Notes: a model not told the origin generated them from the sequence alone. A stretch of 64,000 bases of DNA from Alphaproteobacteria bacterium (GCA_965225945.1 CBDDBZ010000036.1:224001-288000), one strand, 5' to 3'. Positions 19,879 to 33,616 are shown, numbered from the stretch's first letter. A program made the numbers and translations.

Positions 19879-21801
19879 ACCGCGCCGTGCCTTTTCGAAA
19901 CTGTTCGCCGAGAGACGAACGGAGGTTTCCCCGCATTGGACGGGGGGGTGAAAACGCCGAAGAGGGTCCCGTGTCGGCCGGACCTCGGTGGGGTGAGGGG
20001 GCGCGCATGACGACGTCATCGCCCGCTGGACGATGCGTGGGGCGCGCCAACGCGCCTACCGGGATTGCGCGACCACGCGTGGTCGACGAAGACCGGGCTC
20101 GTGGCCTCGATATCGGCCGATCGCCGGTGAGATCCGATCGATGAAATTTCCGCGCATCGAATTTTCCCGACATCGACGGATCGTCTCCATCATACTGACT
20201 GCCTTGGCAATAGTTTACGCCTTGGTGTTGACGCATCGAATTGTCGTTGAGTTATTGTATGTTTATGGCATCGATCCGATCGAAGTCGAGTTTTTCGCGA
20301 GCGACCCGAAGGTTTTGAATAATATCATGGTGACCCATGATATTTTTTACGTCGATTTCAGGAAGTATCGGCCGCCTTTTCTCGAAAAAAGCATGTCCCA
20401 TGTGGATATTTCACGACTGGCGCATAATCGAGTTACGTATATCATGGGTGGTGCGATTACTAAAATTAATATCTATTTGTCCGACGGTTGGCGATCCTAC
20501 TTGGTTGGCATGACTATTCGCCATGGTTCATATTCACGTGAGTATTCTCCAAAAGATATCGAGAAACTTTCGACAGCCGATTTGACGAATTATAACTATC
20601 AGGGGAAATTTTCCGATGTATTTTCTATAAATGAAACGATTGTACCACGAGACCAAATAGCACTCATTTCTGAAGCGATCAATGGAATTACAAAGGACAG
20701 GTTCAAGATAATTCCAGTTGTTGGGATATTCTTTATGGGCGCTATTGTAGCGCTGATATTTTTTCTTCGAAACTCTCGATTTTTTGATATTTCCGCGCCC
20801 AAGACGTCGGGGTATATGATCTCGGAGAATTGGAGATGCCGTTTGAGAGATATGTGTGGATATTTGGCGGGTTAATTATAGTAATTGTTCTACTATCTAC
20901 TGAAATTATTCAACCTTTTCCTTTACTAGAGATGATAATTATTCACAATTTCTCCCGGTGATACAACTCGGCTGTGAAGCGATTTCGGCCGGCACCTGGC
21001 CGGACCCAAATTTTTACCAGTTCCGTGGAAGCCCGATGATTAGCATTGGCACCTATGCCCTTTCGTATCCAGGAACGCTCCTGTCTTGCGGCCTGTCTCA
21101 ATTGATGTTCGGCGACCTCAATTCCGTGATCGAAATATTTGCCATATTGCACCTTTTAGCAGGCTACTACTTGACGTATCGGTGGGCCCGACTGCTTGGC
21201 ATCAACCCGGTCTTTTCCATAACCTTGGGAATATCGTTGGTTCTCTCGGGATATTTCTTCGTCGCGGGACGTTCTTGGTACTATATGTTCCCGGTTGCGC
21301 TTTGGCTTCCAGTATTATTATTGTCGGCGGAAAACTTCATACGCTCGCGCGCGGATGGCGCTGGGCAGTGCTGACCGGAGTGGCGATGGCACTGTTTTTT
21401 CATGCCGGCAACGCGCAGATGTGGTTCTATGCCATCATGGTTTGGACGATGTTGATGCTGTGTGCATTTCTTACGCGACGCGTGCTATTTTCGAAAATTC
21501 TCCAAGTCACTGGAGCCTTATTGATAGCTTTGGCTCTAATGTCTCCATTATTGCTCGCTCAGGGTTTTCACGCGAGTGGCCTTGATCGTCGCGGCGGTAT
21601 CGGAATTGACATATTTCCAAGACTTTGGGCGATGTTTTTGCCGGGAGCTCTATTTGAAACACCAGACTCTGGACTTGGAGGGAACGAGAGATATCTTGAA
21701 ATATACTTCAGTGGCGGACTGTTCGTACTGATCGGATTTCTGACATTTCTTTACAGCATTTCGAAAATCGTGAGGGTCCGATTGAGCGGCTCATATTTTT
21801 T

Positions 21802-22826
21802 GGCTTAATTCGTGAATTGTATGCATTAGTGATAGAGTGCCTGGAACGTCAGGAGGTTGGGTTATGGACGGCAAGGGTTTCCAGGTGTGGCTTTCGGCGG
21901 CGCGCGGGCTGACGCGCGCGCAGCGGCGCGAGGCGCTCGCGGTGCTGTCGGGCCGGAGCGAGGGCGAGGCATCGAAGGCCGCGATCGAGCTTGGTGTGGA
22001 CGAGGCCCGGCGCTGTCCGCACTGCGCGAGCGAAGGGGCGGTTTCGCGCGGTATGGCGCGGGGTCTGCGGCGCTACCAGTGCAAGGGCTGCGGCAGGACC
22101 TTCAACGCGCTGAGCGGTACGCCGCTGTCGGGCTTGCACCACAAGGAACGCTGGCTGTCGTTCGGGGCGTCGCTGGCGAAGGGGGAGACGGTGAAGGCGT
22201 CGGCGGCGCGCTGCGACGTGGCGGTGAGCACGGCGTTCCGCTGGCGTCACCGGTTTCTGGCGGCGGCGCGGAGCGATTCGGAGGTGCTCAAGGGGATCGT
22301 GGAAGCGGACGAGACCTACGTCCTGGAGAGCCGGAAGGGCGCGCGCGGGCTGGGGCGCAAGGCACGGCGGCGGGGCGGCAAGGCGAAGAAGCGCGGCCTC
22401 TCGCGCGAGCAGGTACCGGTTCTCATGGCGGCGGACCGGAGCGGAACGACGGTCAGCGCGGTGCTGCCCAGGGTCGATGCGGCGGCGCTCACGGCTGCCC
22501 TCGACCCGGTGGTCGCGAAGGACGCCCTGCTGGTCTCCGACGGCGGCGCGAGCTACCCACCGTGCGCCGCCGCGCTCGGGGTGAGCCACGAAGCACTCAA
22601 CCGCTCGATGGGGGAACGGGTTCGGGACGATCTGCATGTGCAGACGGTGAACAGCCGCCACAGCCGGTTGAAGGACTTCCTGCGTCCCCGCCGCGGCATC
22701 GCCACCCGCTATCTGGACAACTACCTGAGCTGGTTCCACCTCGTCGGCCTCGCCCCCGGCGCCAATGACCGAGCCTGCCTCGCCGCCGCCGTAACAAGGT
22801 GACGCATACAATTCACGAATTGAGCC
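21802..22826 (+). mobile_element. IS1595-family element, copy 2 (transposase 21864-22802)
   Basis: Near-identical to copy 1; 8-bp TSD TATTTTTT at 21794-21801 and 22827-22834. Confidence 0.95.
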
Positions 22827-23104
22827 TATTTTTTTACCTATCGATATTGCTTCATAGGCGGTATCCTATTTCTATTTGGCGGTGGGAATGCTGGAGTTCT
22901 CTGGGATATAATGGTAGAACTCCCGTTGTTGGAGCACTTCAATCTTCCTTTCAAATTCTTGCCTTATATTTTATACTGCTTATCCGCTGGAGGCACGCTG
23001 GTACTGCAGGCTTATCTTTCGGAGAAGGAATTAAGATTGAGGCGCAATACGACGTTTGGTGTATGTGGATTCGTATCGTCGCTTTCTTGCTTGAGTTTTT
23101 TGTT

Positions 23105-23273
23105 CGTAATTGGTTACGACCCGTTGAACGAGGATCAGGTCAGTGATTGAACGGCGATCTGGACCATAGGTGGAGACGGAATGCGAATGATGCCGGAACA
23201 TGGCGTTCGGTGGGTATTGTTGAATTGTATGCGTCACCTTGTTACGGCGGCGGCGAGGCAGGCTCGTCAATGG
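23105..23273. repeat. Mosaic insert: imperfect copy of 23474-23590 fused to an inverted IS1595 right-end fragment (23221-23273)
   Basis: CGTAATTGGTTACGACCCGTTG..GGGTATTGTT occurs twice; TGAATTGTATGCGTCACCTTGTTACGGCGGCGGCGAGGCAGGCTCG is the reverse complement of the IS end. Confidence 0.85.
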
Positions 23274-24276
23274 TTGACGACGAATGGTTTCTACGACTTC
23301 AAAACTTTTCGGTATCCTGATATGCCTGAACAGCTACGATCCGTTCTCTTCGATAAGAACGGCAATGATGAGATTCCCTCAAGGGTTATTTCTTTTGGCC
23401 CAGAGCGGTGGAGAAGCGAAAAGTTCGTATATTCTCTTCATCTCAATTTTGCGACTGTATATCGAGTTCCATCCGTAATTGGTTACGACCCGTTGATCGA
23501 GGATCAGGTCAGTGATTGAACGGCGCTGGACCATAGGTGGAAATGGAATGCGAATGATGCCAAGGAACATGGCGTTCGGTGGGTATTGTTTTATCGCCCC
23601 TCGTATATCGATATTAAGGGAGATTTAAGAAGTAATTTAATTAGTATCCCCGCAGTTCCGAAGAATTTGCTACGCGATGCGCGCAGGTTTTACGATTTGG
23701 CTATCTGGATGTTTACGATCTCGGCTTTCCCAAGCCTTACGCTTTTTTCGTGGATGGTTCCAAAGACGATGTCGATGTGAGCTTGACTGGAAGTGTCTTT
23801 CGGGCGCGTTTTCGAAATCACCGTCGCCGCGTGACATGGTGTTGAATTTTCACGCCCGACCGGGCTACCGCGTTCATGCCGAAGGAAGGGAGTTGGGGCC
23901 GCGATCGGACACCGAGGGACGAATCGTGATTACGGTGCCTCCAGGCGCGGATGGTATCCGCCTCGTTTATGACGGCGGTTGGGCGCGGGGCGGACTGATT
24001 GCCTTGTTGTTGGGGGCGTTGGGCGCGGTCGTGCTCTTGGCGGCCGGCAGGCGGGAGGCAGCGGTTCGCGCCCGAGGGCGCGGCGTGTGACGGCCTGACC
24101 ACGCCACCAGCTCTGGCCGGAACGGACGAGGCGCCCGTCGACGAGCGGAGTTGGAAAGTGGTATCGTCGTCCGAGCGATCGTGGTGTCGGATTCGAGTGA
24201 GTTCCCGACCCTTCGGGCCGAGTTTGGGCGCGTCACGGCCGGTCCGGTGTGCTTGTCAAGGGCGGAGTGAGAATCG

Positions 24277-26785
24277 ATGAAGCAAGGCGCGTTGCATAGG
24301 GCTTCGTTTTTCTTGGGTGTCTTTCTGGTGACCGGCGGCACGCTCGCCCTGCAAATCGTGCAGACCCGCATTCTTTCGGTGATGACTTGGTATTATTTGG
24401 CGTTCCTGTCGATCGGGATTGCCATGCTGGGTTTGGCCACCGGTGGCCTATGGGTATATCGAAATCGACGGTCGCCGGACCAGCGGCTGTTCGCGCGGGA
24501 CATTGTCTTCTTCAGTCTCGCTTTCGCCGTCAGTTTGGTCGCCACCGCCCGAATCGAGACGCTGGTCAACCCGCTCGCGGAATCGACCATCTGGGCAATG
24601 CTCAGTTGGTTCATCTTGATGATCTGTCTCACGGTTCCCTTTTTTTCTCTGGCGTCCTGGTTAGTCTGTTCCTCACCCGAAGCCCGTACCGTGTCGGCTG
24701 GGTCTACGGCATCGATATGGCCGGTGCCGCGTTCGGTTGCTTTGCGGCGCTGCTCGTCCTCAATTTCGCGGGCGGGCCGGCGGCGCTGATTTGGATTGCC
24801 CTCGCTGTCGCTATTTCGTCGCTGCTTTTCGCTCATTATCGTGCAGAGTGGAAACAGCATTCGACGATTCTCGAGGATCTCTTTTCCGAATACCCATCAT
24901 TATTACGCTTGCTATTTCCGCGGTTCTCGGACTCATCGCGCAGGGTTACCTGACTATTGGAGTTGGCTATCCCAAGGGAACCGCGGACGCTAGTCGCGGC
25001 AACGTTTTGTTTGAAGGTTGGAATTCGTTCTCGCGGGTGGCGTTGTACGAGGAGTGGAATGCCCCACCCCGACTCTGGGGCGTCGGTCAGTCGTTCGAGG
25101 TGGAAAAAATAATGTAACACAACGCCTTACAATAATCGACGGTATGGCGGGTACCTACGGTTATGCCTTCTCTGGTGATTTGTCCGAGCTGTCGTTTTTC
25201 GACTACGACGTCTCGAGCCTCGCGTATCATCTGCCCGGAATGACCGACGGCGCGGTCGTCGGCGTCGGCGCCGGTCGCGATCTTCTCGCCGCCAAATGGT
25301 TCGGGCTGCGCAACGTCGTTGGAATCGAGCTCAATCCGCTCATTATCAAGATCCTGACGGAGCGGCGCGATCTCGCCGGCTTCAGCAATATCGACCGGCT
25401 CGAGGGCGTTCGGATCGAAGTCGACGAAGCCCGGAGCTGGCTGGCGCGAACCCGAGAGAAATTCGATATTATTCAAATGAGCCTGATCGACACCTGGGCC
25501 GCCACGGGTGCCGGCGCCTATGTGCTGTCTGAGAACCGACTTTATACACGCGAAGCCTGGGCCATCTTCCTCGAGCGATTGCGCGAATCGGGTGTGTTGA
25601 CGGTAAGCCGCTTGTATTACCCGAACTCGGCCGATCATACCGTGCGCATGACGGCTTTGGCGATGGCGGCACTCTGGGCCGTGGGCGTGCGCTCGCCGGC
25701 CAAGCATATCTTCATGGCCTCCAGCATGCCGCCTTTTTCACGGGCGTCGGCGCTTCCGGATCGGGTCGCGACCCTCGTAGTGGCGCGCCGGCCACTAGAA
25801 CCGGCCGCCATCGCGGCGTTGGAAGAGGCCTGCGCGCGGCTTGGCTTCCAAGTATTGTTGTCGCCGACCGCTCCTCCATCGGACCCGAACCTCGGTTTGA
25901 TGATCGGGTCGGAGACGCCGTTGGAGTTGGAAAGGGCGGTCGAGAAGCTGTTGCCGGTGGATGTCTCGCCACCGACCGATCGTCGCCTTTCTTCTTCAAC
26001 CAACTCCCCGTATTCAAGCTGGCGACCTTGGTAAATCTCAAGAATCAGGAGAACATGAATCGAGACCTGTACGGAAACTTGATTGCCTTGGCGACCTTTA
26101 TCTGCTGTTGGCGATTTCCATCGTCATGGTCGTGGTTTTGATCTTGGTGTCGGCATGGTCGACCACGCAGAAGGTCGCATTGAGGCTGGTGCTCGGCGGA
26201 ACGGCCTATTTTTTCCTGATCGGGACGGGCTTCATGTTCGTGGAGATCAGCTTTCTGCAGCTATGGAGCGTGTTCCTGGGGCACCCCGTCTATTCGCTTT
26301 CGATCGTACTGTTTTCACTCATTCTGTCGACCGCCGCCGGTAGTTTTTGCGTTGACCGCTATCCGCTCCGGGGTTGGAAAGCGTTTTTCGCCGTCTTTCT
26401 GCTGTTGAGCGGGTACCTCTTGTCGATGTCGTTTTGGCTACCTGATCTCTTGCTCGCATACGAGCATCTGACCCTGATCTGGCGGGCCACTATTTGTATC
26501 GTCGCGATCGCCCCATCGGGATTCGTGATGGGTTTCGCGCTGCCCACCGGAATGTCGTTGGTTGCCGCCAAGGACATGCGACCGACGCCTTGGTTCTGGG
26601 GCATCAATGGCGCCGCGGCGGTCGTGGCGTCGACGATCTCGATCGGCTTGAGCCTGACCTTCGGTATCTATGCGACGCTTGCCTGTGGCGCGGCCTGTTA
26701 TCTCGCGCTCGGCGCCAGCGCCGTTGTGCTTGGCTTCCGGCAGAAAGGCGCCGTGGGCGTCGGCGATGTCGAGCATATTACTTGA
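24277..26785 (+). pseudogene. Membrane-fused spermidine-synthase-like SAM-dependent protein, multiple frameshifts
   Basis: QTRILSVMTWYYLAF, WNSFSRV, GVGAGRD, IELNP, DEARSWL, FDIIQMSLIDT, YFFLIGTGFMFVEI, WFWGINGAA spread over about 5 frames. Confidence 0.75.
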
Positions 26786-27150
26786 CGTGGCAATTCAGAC
26801 AGTGATGGCACCTTTTTGGAGACGGGCGTCGTATGATTGAAGTTATCGTCCCTCCTCCTCGACCCCTCTCCATGGCTATCTCGGCGCGTCGGCTGAAGAC
26901 CGCGTATTCACTCGTCGAAGAAACAGCCACGTAAGTTTACGATACATTGATTAGTGTTGGCTAAATTGTGGATTTCGGCTATGGCCGGGAATGGGATGGC
27001 CGTCCCGTGTTCCGCTTTATTTCGGGACGGCGTGCGATGGCGCGCCTTGAAGTGCCGTGTGTCCTCGCCGCCCGGCGGGCGGCACGGGTCGAGTCCGTCG
27101 CGCTTCTGGTGTAAATCTAACGCCCGGTCGGACAAGGAGCCTCGGTGGCG

Positions 27151-28758
<1,608 letters not shown>

Positions 28759-28766
28759 GGGCCCCC

Positions 28767-30788
28767 ATGTTCGACAAGATCCTGATCGCCAATCGCGGCG
28801 AGATCGCCTGCCGGATCGCGCGCACCGCACACCGCCTCGCCATCCGCGTCGTCGCCGTCCATTCCGATATCGAGGCCCGGGCCGCCCATGTCCGGGCGGC
28901 GGACGAGGCCGTCGCCATCGGCCCCGCGCCGGTGGCGGAAAGCTACCTCCTGGCTGAGCGGATCGTCGAGGCGGCGGTGCGCTCGGGCGCCCAGGCGGTG
29001 CATCCGGGCTACGGCTTCCTCGCCGAAAACGCCGGCTTCGCGCGGGCCTGCGCGGAGGCCGGGCTCGTCTTCATAGGCCCGCCGCCCGAAGCCATCTCGG
29101 CGATGGGCGAGAAGGACGCGGCCAAACGCGCGATGCAGGCCCAGGACGTGCCCATCGTGCCTGGCTACCTGGGCGAGGATCAGGGCGACGAGACCTTGGC
29201 GCGCGAGGCGGCCGGAATCGGCTTTCCGGTCTTGATCAAGCCGATCGCCGGTGGCGGCGGCAAGGGCATGCGCGTCGTCGCCTCGGCGGAGCGGATGGCG
29301 GCGTCGCTCGAGAGCGCCCGGCGCGAGGCCAAATCCGCCTTCGGCGACGAGCGGGTGCTGCTCGAGTGCTATCTGGAACGCGCGCGCCACATCGAAATTC
29401 AGATCTTCGCCGACGCCCGAGGCAACGTCGTCCATCTCTTCGAGCGCGACTGCTCCCTCCAGCGCCGCCATCAGAAGGTGGTGGAGGAGGCGCCCGCTCC
29501 GGGCATGTCGGCGGCGCTCAGGCGGGCGATGGGCGAGACCGCGGTCACCGCCGCCCGGTCGATCGGCTATGTCGGCGCCGGCACGGTGGAGTTCATCGCC
29601 GACGTCACCGACGGGCTCCGCGAGGATGGTTACTATTTCATGGAGATGAATACGCGCCTCCAGGTCGAGCATCCGGTGACCGAGATGGTGACCGGCCAGG
29701 ATTTGGTGGAATGGCAGCTCCGCGTCGCCGCCGGCGAGCCGCTGCCGCTGGCCCAAGACGAGATTCCGCTCCAGGGCCACGCGGTCGAGGCGCGGATCTA
29801 CGCCGAGGACCCGCGGCGGAAGTTCTTTCCCTCCTCCGGCCCGCTCCGTCGCCTCGCGTTTCCGGCGGAGGGACCCAACCTCCGCCTCGACACCGGCGTC
29901 GGCGAGGGCGACGAGGTGACGATCTATTACGATCCGATGCTGGCCAAGATGATCGCCTGGGACGAGACACGCGATGGCGCGCTCCGCCATCTGCGTCGCG
30001 GCCTGGAGGCGACTCGGCTCGCCGGCGTCGCCAACAACGTGGAATTCCTCGCCGCGATCGCCGGCGATCCGGCCTTCCTCGCGGGCGATCTCGACACCGG
30101 CTTCATAGCTCGCCGCATGGGCGCGCTGTTGCCGCCGCTGGGGGAGGTGGAGGACGAGGTGCTGGCGGCGGCCGCGCTCGACCTGTTGCTCGGCCGCCGG
30201 GAAGCGGCGGAAAAGCGGGCGCGGGCCGGCGGCGACCGTCATTCCCCCTGGGCCCGGGTCGACGGCTGGCGTCTAAATGACGAGGGCCGCGACGAGGTGA
30301 TCTTCCGCGACGGCGAGCGGGAGATCGCAATTCGTGTCCGCTATCTGGCCGAAGGCGGCCATGCTCTCTCGCTGCCCGGCGGCGAAGCGGTGGTGTCGGG
30401 CCGGCGGGCGGGCGAGGGCGGGCTCGAAATCGCGCTCGACGGCCGCGCGCTGCGAGCCGAGGTCGCCTGGAACGAAGCCGAGGTGACGGTGCTGCTCGAC
30501 GGCAAGTCGCGACGCCTCGTCTGGCACGATCCGATGGCGCTCGGCGAGGTGGAGCTCGACGTCGCTGGCGGCGTCAACGCGCCGCTTCCGGGCAAGATCC
30601 TGGCGGTGCTGGTGGCGCCGGGCGCGGCCGTCGCCAAGGGCGATGCCCTGATGATCCTGGAAGCAATGAAGATGGAACACACCATCGTGGCGCCGGGCGA
30701 AGGGGTGGTCGAGCGGGTCAACGTCGAGAGCGGTCAGCAGGTCGAGGAGGGCGCGGAGCTACTCTCCTTCGAGGCGCGCGAGGACTGA
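28767..30788 (+). CDS. mccA: 3-methylcrotonyl-CoA carboxylase alpha subunit (biotin carboxylase + carrier)
   Basis: ANRGEIA, HPGYGFLAEN, RDCSLQRRHQK, EMNTRLQVEH, EAMKM. Confidence 0.92.
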   Translation: MFDKILIANRGEIACRIARTAHRLAIRVVAVHSDIEARAAHVRAADEAVAIGPAPVAESYLLAERIVEAAVRSGAQAVHPGYGFLAENAGFARACAEAGLVFIGPPPEAISAMGEKDAAKRAMQAQDVPIVPGYLGEDQGDETLAREAAGIGFPVLIKPIAGGGGKGMRVVASAERMAASLESARREAKSAFGDERVLLECYLERARHIEIQIFADARGNVVHLFERDCSLQRRHQKVVEEAPAPGMSAALRRAMGETAVTAARSIGYVGAGTVEFIADVTDGLREDGYYFMEMNTRLQVEHPVTEMVTGQDLVEWQLRVAAGEPLPLAQDEIPLQGHAVEARIYAEDPRRKFFPSSGPLRRLAFPAEGPNLRLDTGVGEGDEVTIYYDPMLAKMIAWDETRDGALRHLRRGLEATRLAGVANNVEFLAAIAGDPAFLAGDLDTGFIARRMGALLPPLGEVEDEVLAAAALDLLLGRREAAEKRARAGGDRHSPWARVDGWRLNDEGRDEVIFRDGEREIAIRVRYLAEGGHALSLPGGEAVVSGRRAGEGGLEIALDGRALRAEVAWNEAEVTVLLDGKSRRLVWHDPMALGEVELDVAGGVNAPLPGKILAVLVAPGAAVAKGDALMILEAMKMEHTIVAPGEGVVERVNVESGQQVEEGAELLSFEARED

Positions 30789-30950
30789 CCAAGCCGGCCG
30801 CTCGCCGGTTTGCTTCCGCCATTTCGCTGCACGGTATTTCGGTGGACCCCGGGGGCGGAATTTGCTAGGGCTTGGCGCCCGGGCCCCGCGAGACGATCGT
30901 ACGAACCTAGAAAACCCTTGTTATTCAAAGCGTTGAAGGGATTTTCCGAG

Positions 30951-32294
30951 ATGGAAATCTCGCTATACAACACCGCGACGCAGCGTCGCGAAGCGTTCGA
31001 GCCGTTGGAATTGGATCACGTCCGCCTCTATGTCTGCGGGCCGACGGTCTACGACTTCGCCCATATCGGCAACGCCCGGCCGGTGGTCGTCTTCGACACT
31101 CTGGTACGCCTCTTTCGCCACCTGTACCCGCGCGTCACCTATGTCCGCAACATCACCGACATCGACGACAAGATTATCGACCGCGCGGCCGAGGAGGGTG
31201 TGGAGATCGCCGAGGTGACCGCGCGCACCACCTCGGCCTTCCACGAGGACATGGCGGCGCTCGGCACCGAGCCGCCGGATGTCGAGCCCCGCGCGACCGA
31301 CCACGTCGCTGAGATGATCGAGCTGATCGCGACCCTGATCGAGAAGGACCATGCTTACGAGGCGGAGGGCCACGTGCTGTTCCACGTGCCTTCGATGACC
31401 GACTACGGCGCCTTTTCCAGGCGCACGCCGAAGGAGTTGATCGCCGGCGCCCGCGTCGACGTCGCCCCCTACAAGCGCGACGCGATGGACTTCGTGCTCT
31501 GGAAACCGTCGCACGATCTGCAACCGAGCTGGCCGAGCCCTTGGGGCCCGGGCCGGCCCGGCTGGCACATCGAATGCTCCGCCATGTCCAAGCGTTATCT
31601 CGGTATCACCTTCGATATTCACGGTGGCGGGCTGGACCTGATCTTTCCCCATCACCAGAACGAGATCGCCCAGAGCGCCTGCGCCCATGACGGCGCAGCC
31701 CTGGCGCGGCTGTGGATGCACAACGGCTACGTCGTCGTCGAGGGCGAGAAGATGTCGAAATCCCTCGGCAACTTCTTCACCGTGCGCGATCTCCTGGGCG
31801 AGTTTCCCGGCGAGGCGATCCGCCTGGCGCTGCTGGCTACGCATTATCGCCAGCCCCTCGACTTCACCCGCGAGGGTGCCGCGCACGCCAAGCAGACACT
31901 CGATCGCTGGTACCGGGCGGCGGATACGGCCGAGGCGGCGGCCGAGCCGCCGGAGGGCGTCCTGGCGGCGCTCGCCGACGACCTCAACACGCCACGCGCG
32001 ATCCGCGAGCTACACCGCCTCGCCGACGGCGCGCTCGCCGGCGAGGCGGCGTCGGCGGCCGCGCTCGAGGCGGGCGCGGGGCTCCTGGGCTTGCTCGGGG
32101 CCGGGGCGGAGGACTGGTTCCGGGGTGGTGGCGACGGCCTCGACGCGGGGCGAATCGAGGCCAGGATCGAGGCCCGCCGGGCGGCCCGCGCCCAGCGCGA
32201 CTTCGCCACCGCCGACCAAATTCGCGACGCGCTGGCGGCGGACGGCATTGTTTTGGAAGACGGGCCCCAGGGCACGACATGGCGGCGGGCATGA
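30951..32294 (+). CDS. cysS: Cysteine--tRNA ligase
   Basis: YVCGPTVYD, HIGN, GRPGWHIECSAM, KMSKS. Confidence 0.97.
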   Translation: MEISLYNTATQRREAFEPLELDHVRLYVCGPTVYDFAHIGNARPVVVFDTLVRLFRHLYPRVTYVRNITDIDDKIIDRAAEEGVEIAEVTARTTSAFHEDMAALGTEPPDVEPRATDHVAEMIELIATLIEKDHAYEAEGHVLFHVPSMTDYGAFSRRTPKELIAGARVDVAPYKRDAMDFVLWKPSHDLQPSWPSPWGPGRPGWHIECSAMSKRYLGITFDIHGGGLDLIFPHHQNEIAQSACAHDGAALARLWMHNGYVVVEGEKMSKSLGNFFTVRDLLGEFPGEAIRLALLATHYRQPLDFTREGAAHAKQTLDRWYRAADTAEAAAEPPEGVLAALADDLNTPRAIRELHRLADGALAGEAASAAALEAGAGLLGLLGAGAEDWFRGGGDGLDAGRIEARIEARRAARAQRDFATADQIRDALAADGIVLEDGPQGTTWRRA

Positions 32295-32368
32295 CGAGCC
32301 CTAAGGAACGGATCTACCTCTTCGACACCACGCTCCGCGACGGCGCGCAGACCTCGGCCCTGGCTTGA
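32291..32368 (+). pseudogene. cimA: Citramalate synthase, truncated 5' stub
   Basis: MTSPKERIYLFDTTLRDGAQT then stop; ATGA overlap with cysS; DTTLRDG is the DRE-TIM motif. Confidence 0.75.
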
Positions 32369-32375
32369 AGTCGGG

Positions 32376-33248
32376 TCAGACGTAACTCCCGAGAGGCTGG
32401 ATATGCCGCTCGGGCGGCATCCGCACCGTCGCGCGCTTCAAGAGCCGGTTGTGCGTCGGATCGAACGGCTCGCGGCGATGCAGCATCACCGCGTTGTCCC
32501 AGACCACGAGATCGCCCATGCGCCAAACATGGGCGTGGACGAAGCCGGGAGCGACCGCGAGCGCCGCCAGTTCCGCCAGCAAGGCCGCGCTCTCCGCCGC
32601 CTCCAGACCCTCGACCGCGACCGCCGTGGTGGGATCGAGGTAGAGTGCCTTGCGGCCGGTCTTGGGATGCGTGTGGACCAGCGGGTGGCGCACCTCCGGC
32701 GCCATCTCGGCGATCTCCGCCGCGCTCGGCTGCTCGCCCTCGTAGGTCGCGACGCGCTTGGCGTAGCTGTAAACGACATAGAGCCCCTCGAGGCGATTTC
32801 GCCTCGCCTCGGACAAGGCTTCGAAGGCGAGATAGAGGTTGGCGAAGTAGGTCGGCGTGCCGTTCGGCGGGATTTCCACGCCGTAGAGAAACGAACCCGT
32901 GGCGGGCGCCGGCATGTAGGACTGGTCCGAATGCCAGTCGATCTCGCCGCTGCCGAGGCCGCCCAGCGGCCGGCCGTCGGCGCCGAGCAGGTTGGTGATG
33001 TAGGTGATCTCCGGCCGGTGGCGGCTGGCCCAGTCGTCACGCACGATCCGGTCGGGCTCGCCGAAGCGCGTCGCGAAGGCAACCAGTTGCTCTTCCGTCA
33101 GGAACCGGCGGCGGAAGATCACCAGACCGTGGTGGTCGAGCGCCTCGCGCAATGCCTCGATCGTCGCCTCGTCGAGCCTCTCCTCCAGCGCGAGGCCTTC
33201 GACCTCGGCCGCGAAACTGCCCTCGATGTCACGAATATGCCATTCCAT
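32376..33248 (-). CDS. TauD/TfdA-family Fe(II)/2-oxoglutarate dioxygenase
   Basis: WHSD, HPLVHTHP, WDNAVMLHRR. Confidence 0.9.
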   Translation of the reverse strand: MEWHIRDIEGSFAAEVEGLALEERLDEATIEALREALDHHGLVIFRRRFLTEEQLVAFATRFGEPDRIVRDDWASRHRPEITYITNLLGADGRPLGGLGSGEIDWHSDQSYMPAPATGSFLYGVEIPPNGTPTYFANLYLAFEALSEARRNRLEGLYVVYSYAKRVATYEGEQPSAAEIAEMAPEVRHPLVHTHPKTGRKALYLDPTTAVAVEGLEAAESAALLAELAALAVAPGFVHAHVWRMGDLVVWDNAVMLHRREPFDPTHNRLLKRATVRMPPERHIQPLGSYV

Positions 33249-33572
33249 GCGACCTCGCCTCCTCGGTCCGGATATCGACGGTCCAGCCACATTGTATCGA
33301 TGGCTGTGGGCCGCGAGGCAAGCGTCGACGACATGCCGATCGAGATCGGACGTCGTCGATGCCGTCCTGGAAAGCCGATTACTAGCTGCTGTACGCGTTG
33401 GTGAACGTGGTTCGAACGTGATTGAACAGGCCCTCGAGCGCGTCGCCCATCGCGAACACCGCGATCAAAATCAGCAAGCTCAAACCGGAGAGAATGAGGC
33501 CGTATTCCACCGCGGTCGCGCCCGAGTCGTCATGACGCAGCTCGGCGAAGCGCCGCCGAAACCGTTTGCCGA

Positions 33573-33616
33573 AATTGCACGCCGAGACCACAGTAATTGC
33601 ACGCCGAGACCACAGT
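33573..33616. repeat. 22-bp tandem duplication spanning the IS4/target junction
   Basis: AATTGCACGCCGAGACCACAGT x2. Confidence 0.9.

Larger units (their letters stand above)
20141..24090 (+). pseudogene. YfhO-like / GT-C type polytopic membrane protein, fragmented by frameshifts and IS1595
   Basis: Successive hydrophobic ORF pieces; WPDPNFYQFRGSP, GYDPL, GVRWVL, C-terminal PGYRV..VPPG..IRLVY + TM; AT-rich. Confidence 0.6.

Noticed and set aside
9694-22826. Composite transposon bounded by the IS1595 copies
   Set aside because: Each copy has its own distinct 8-bp TSD.
30810-30950. T-box leader or N-terminal extension of cysS
   Set aside because: Too short, no T-box motif; ATG 30951 gives the typical start.
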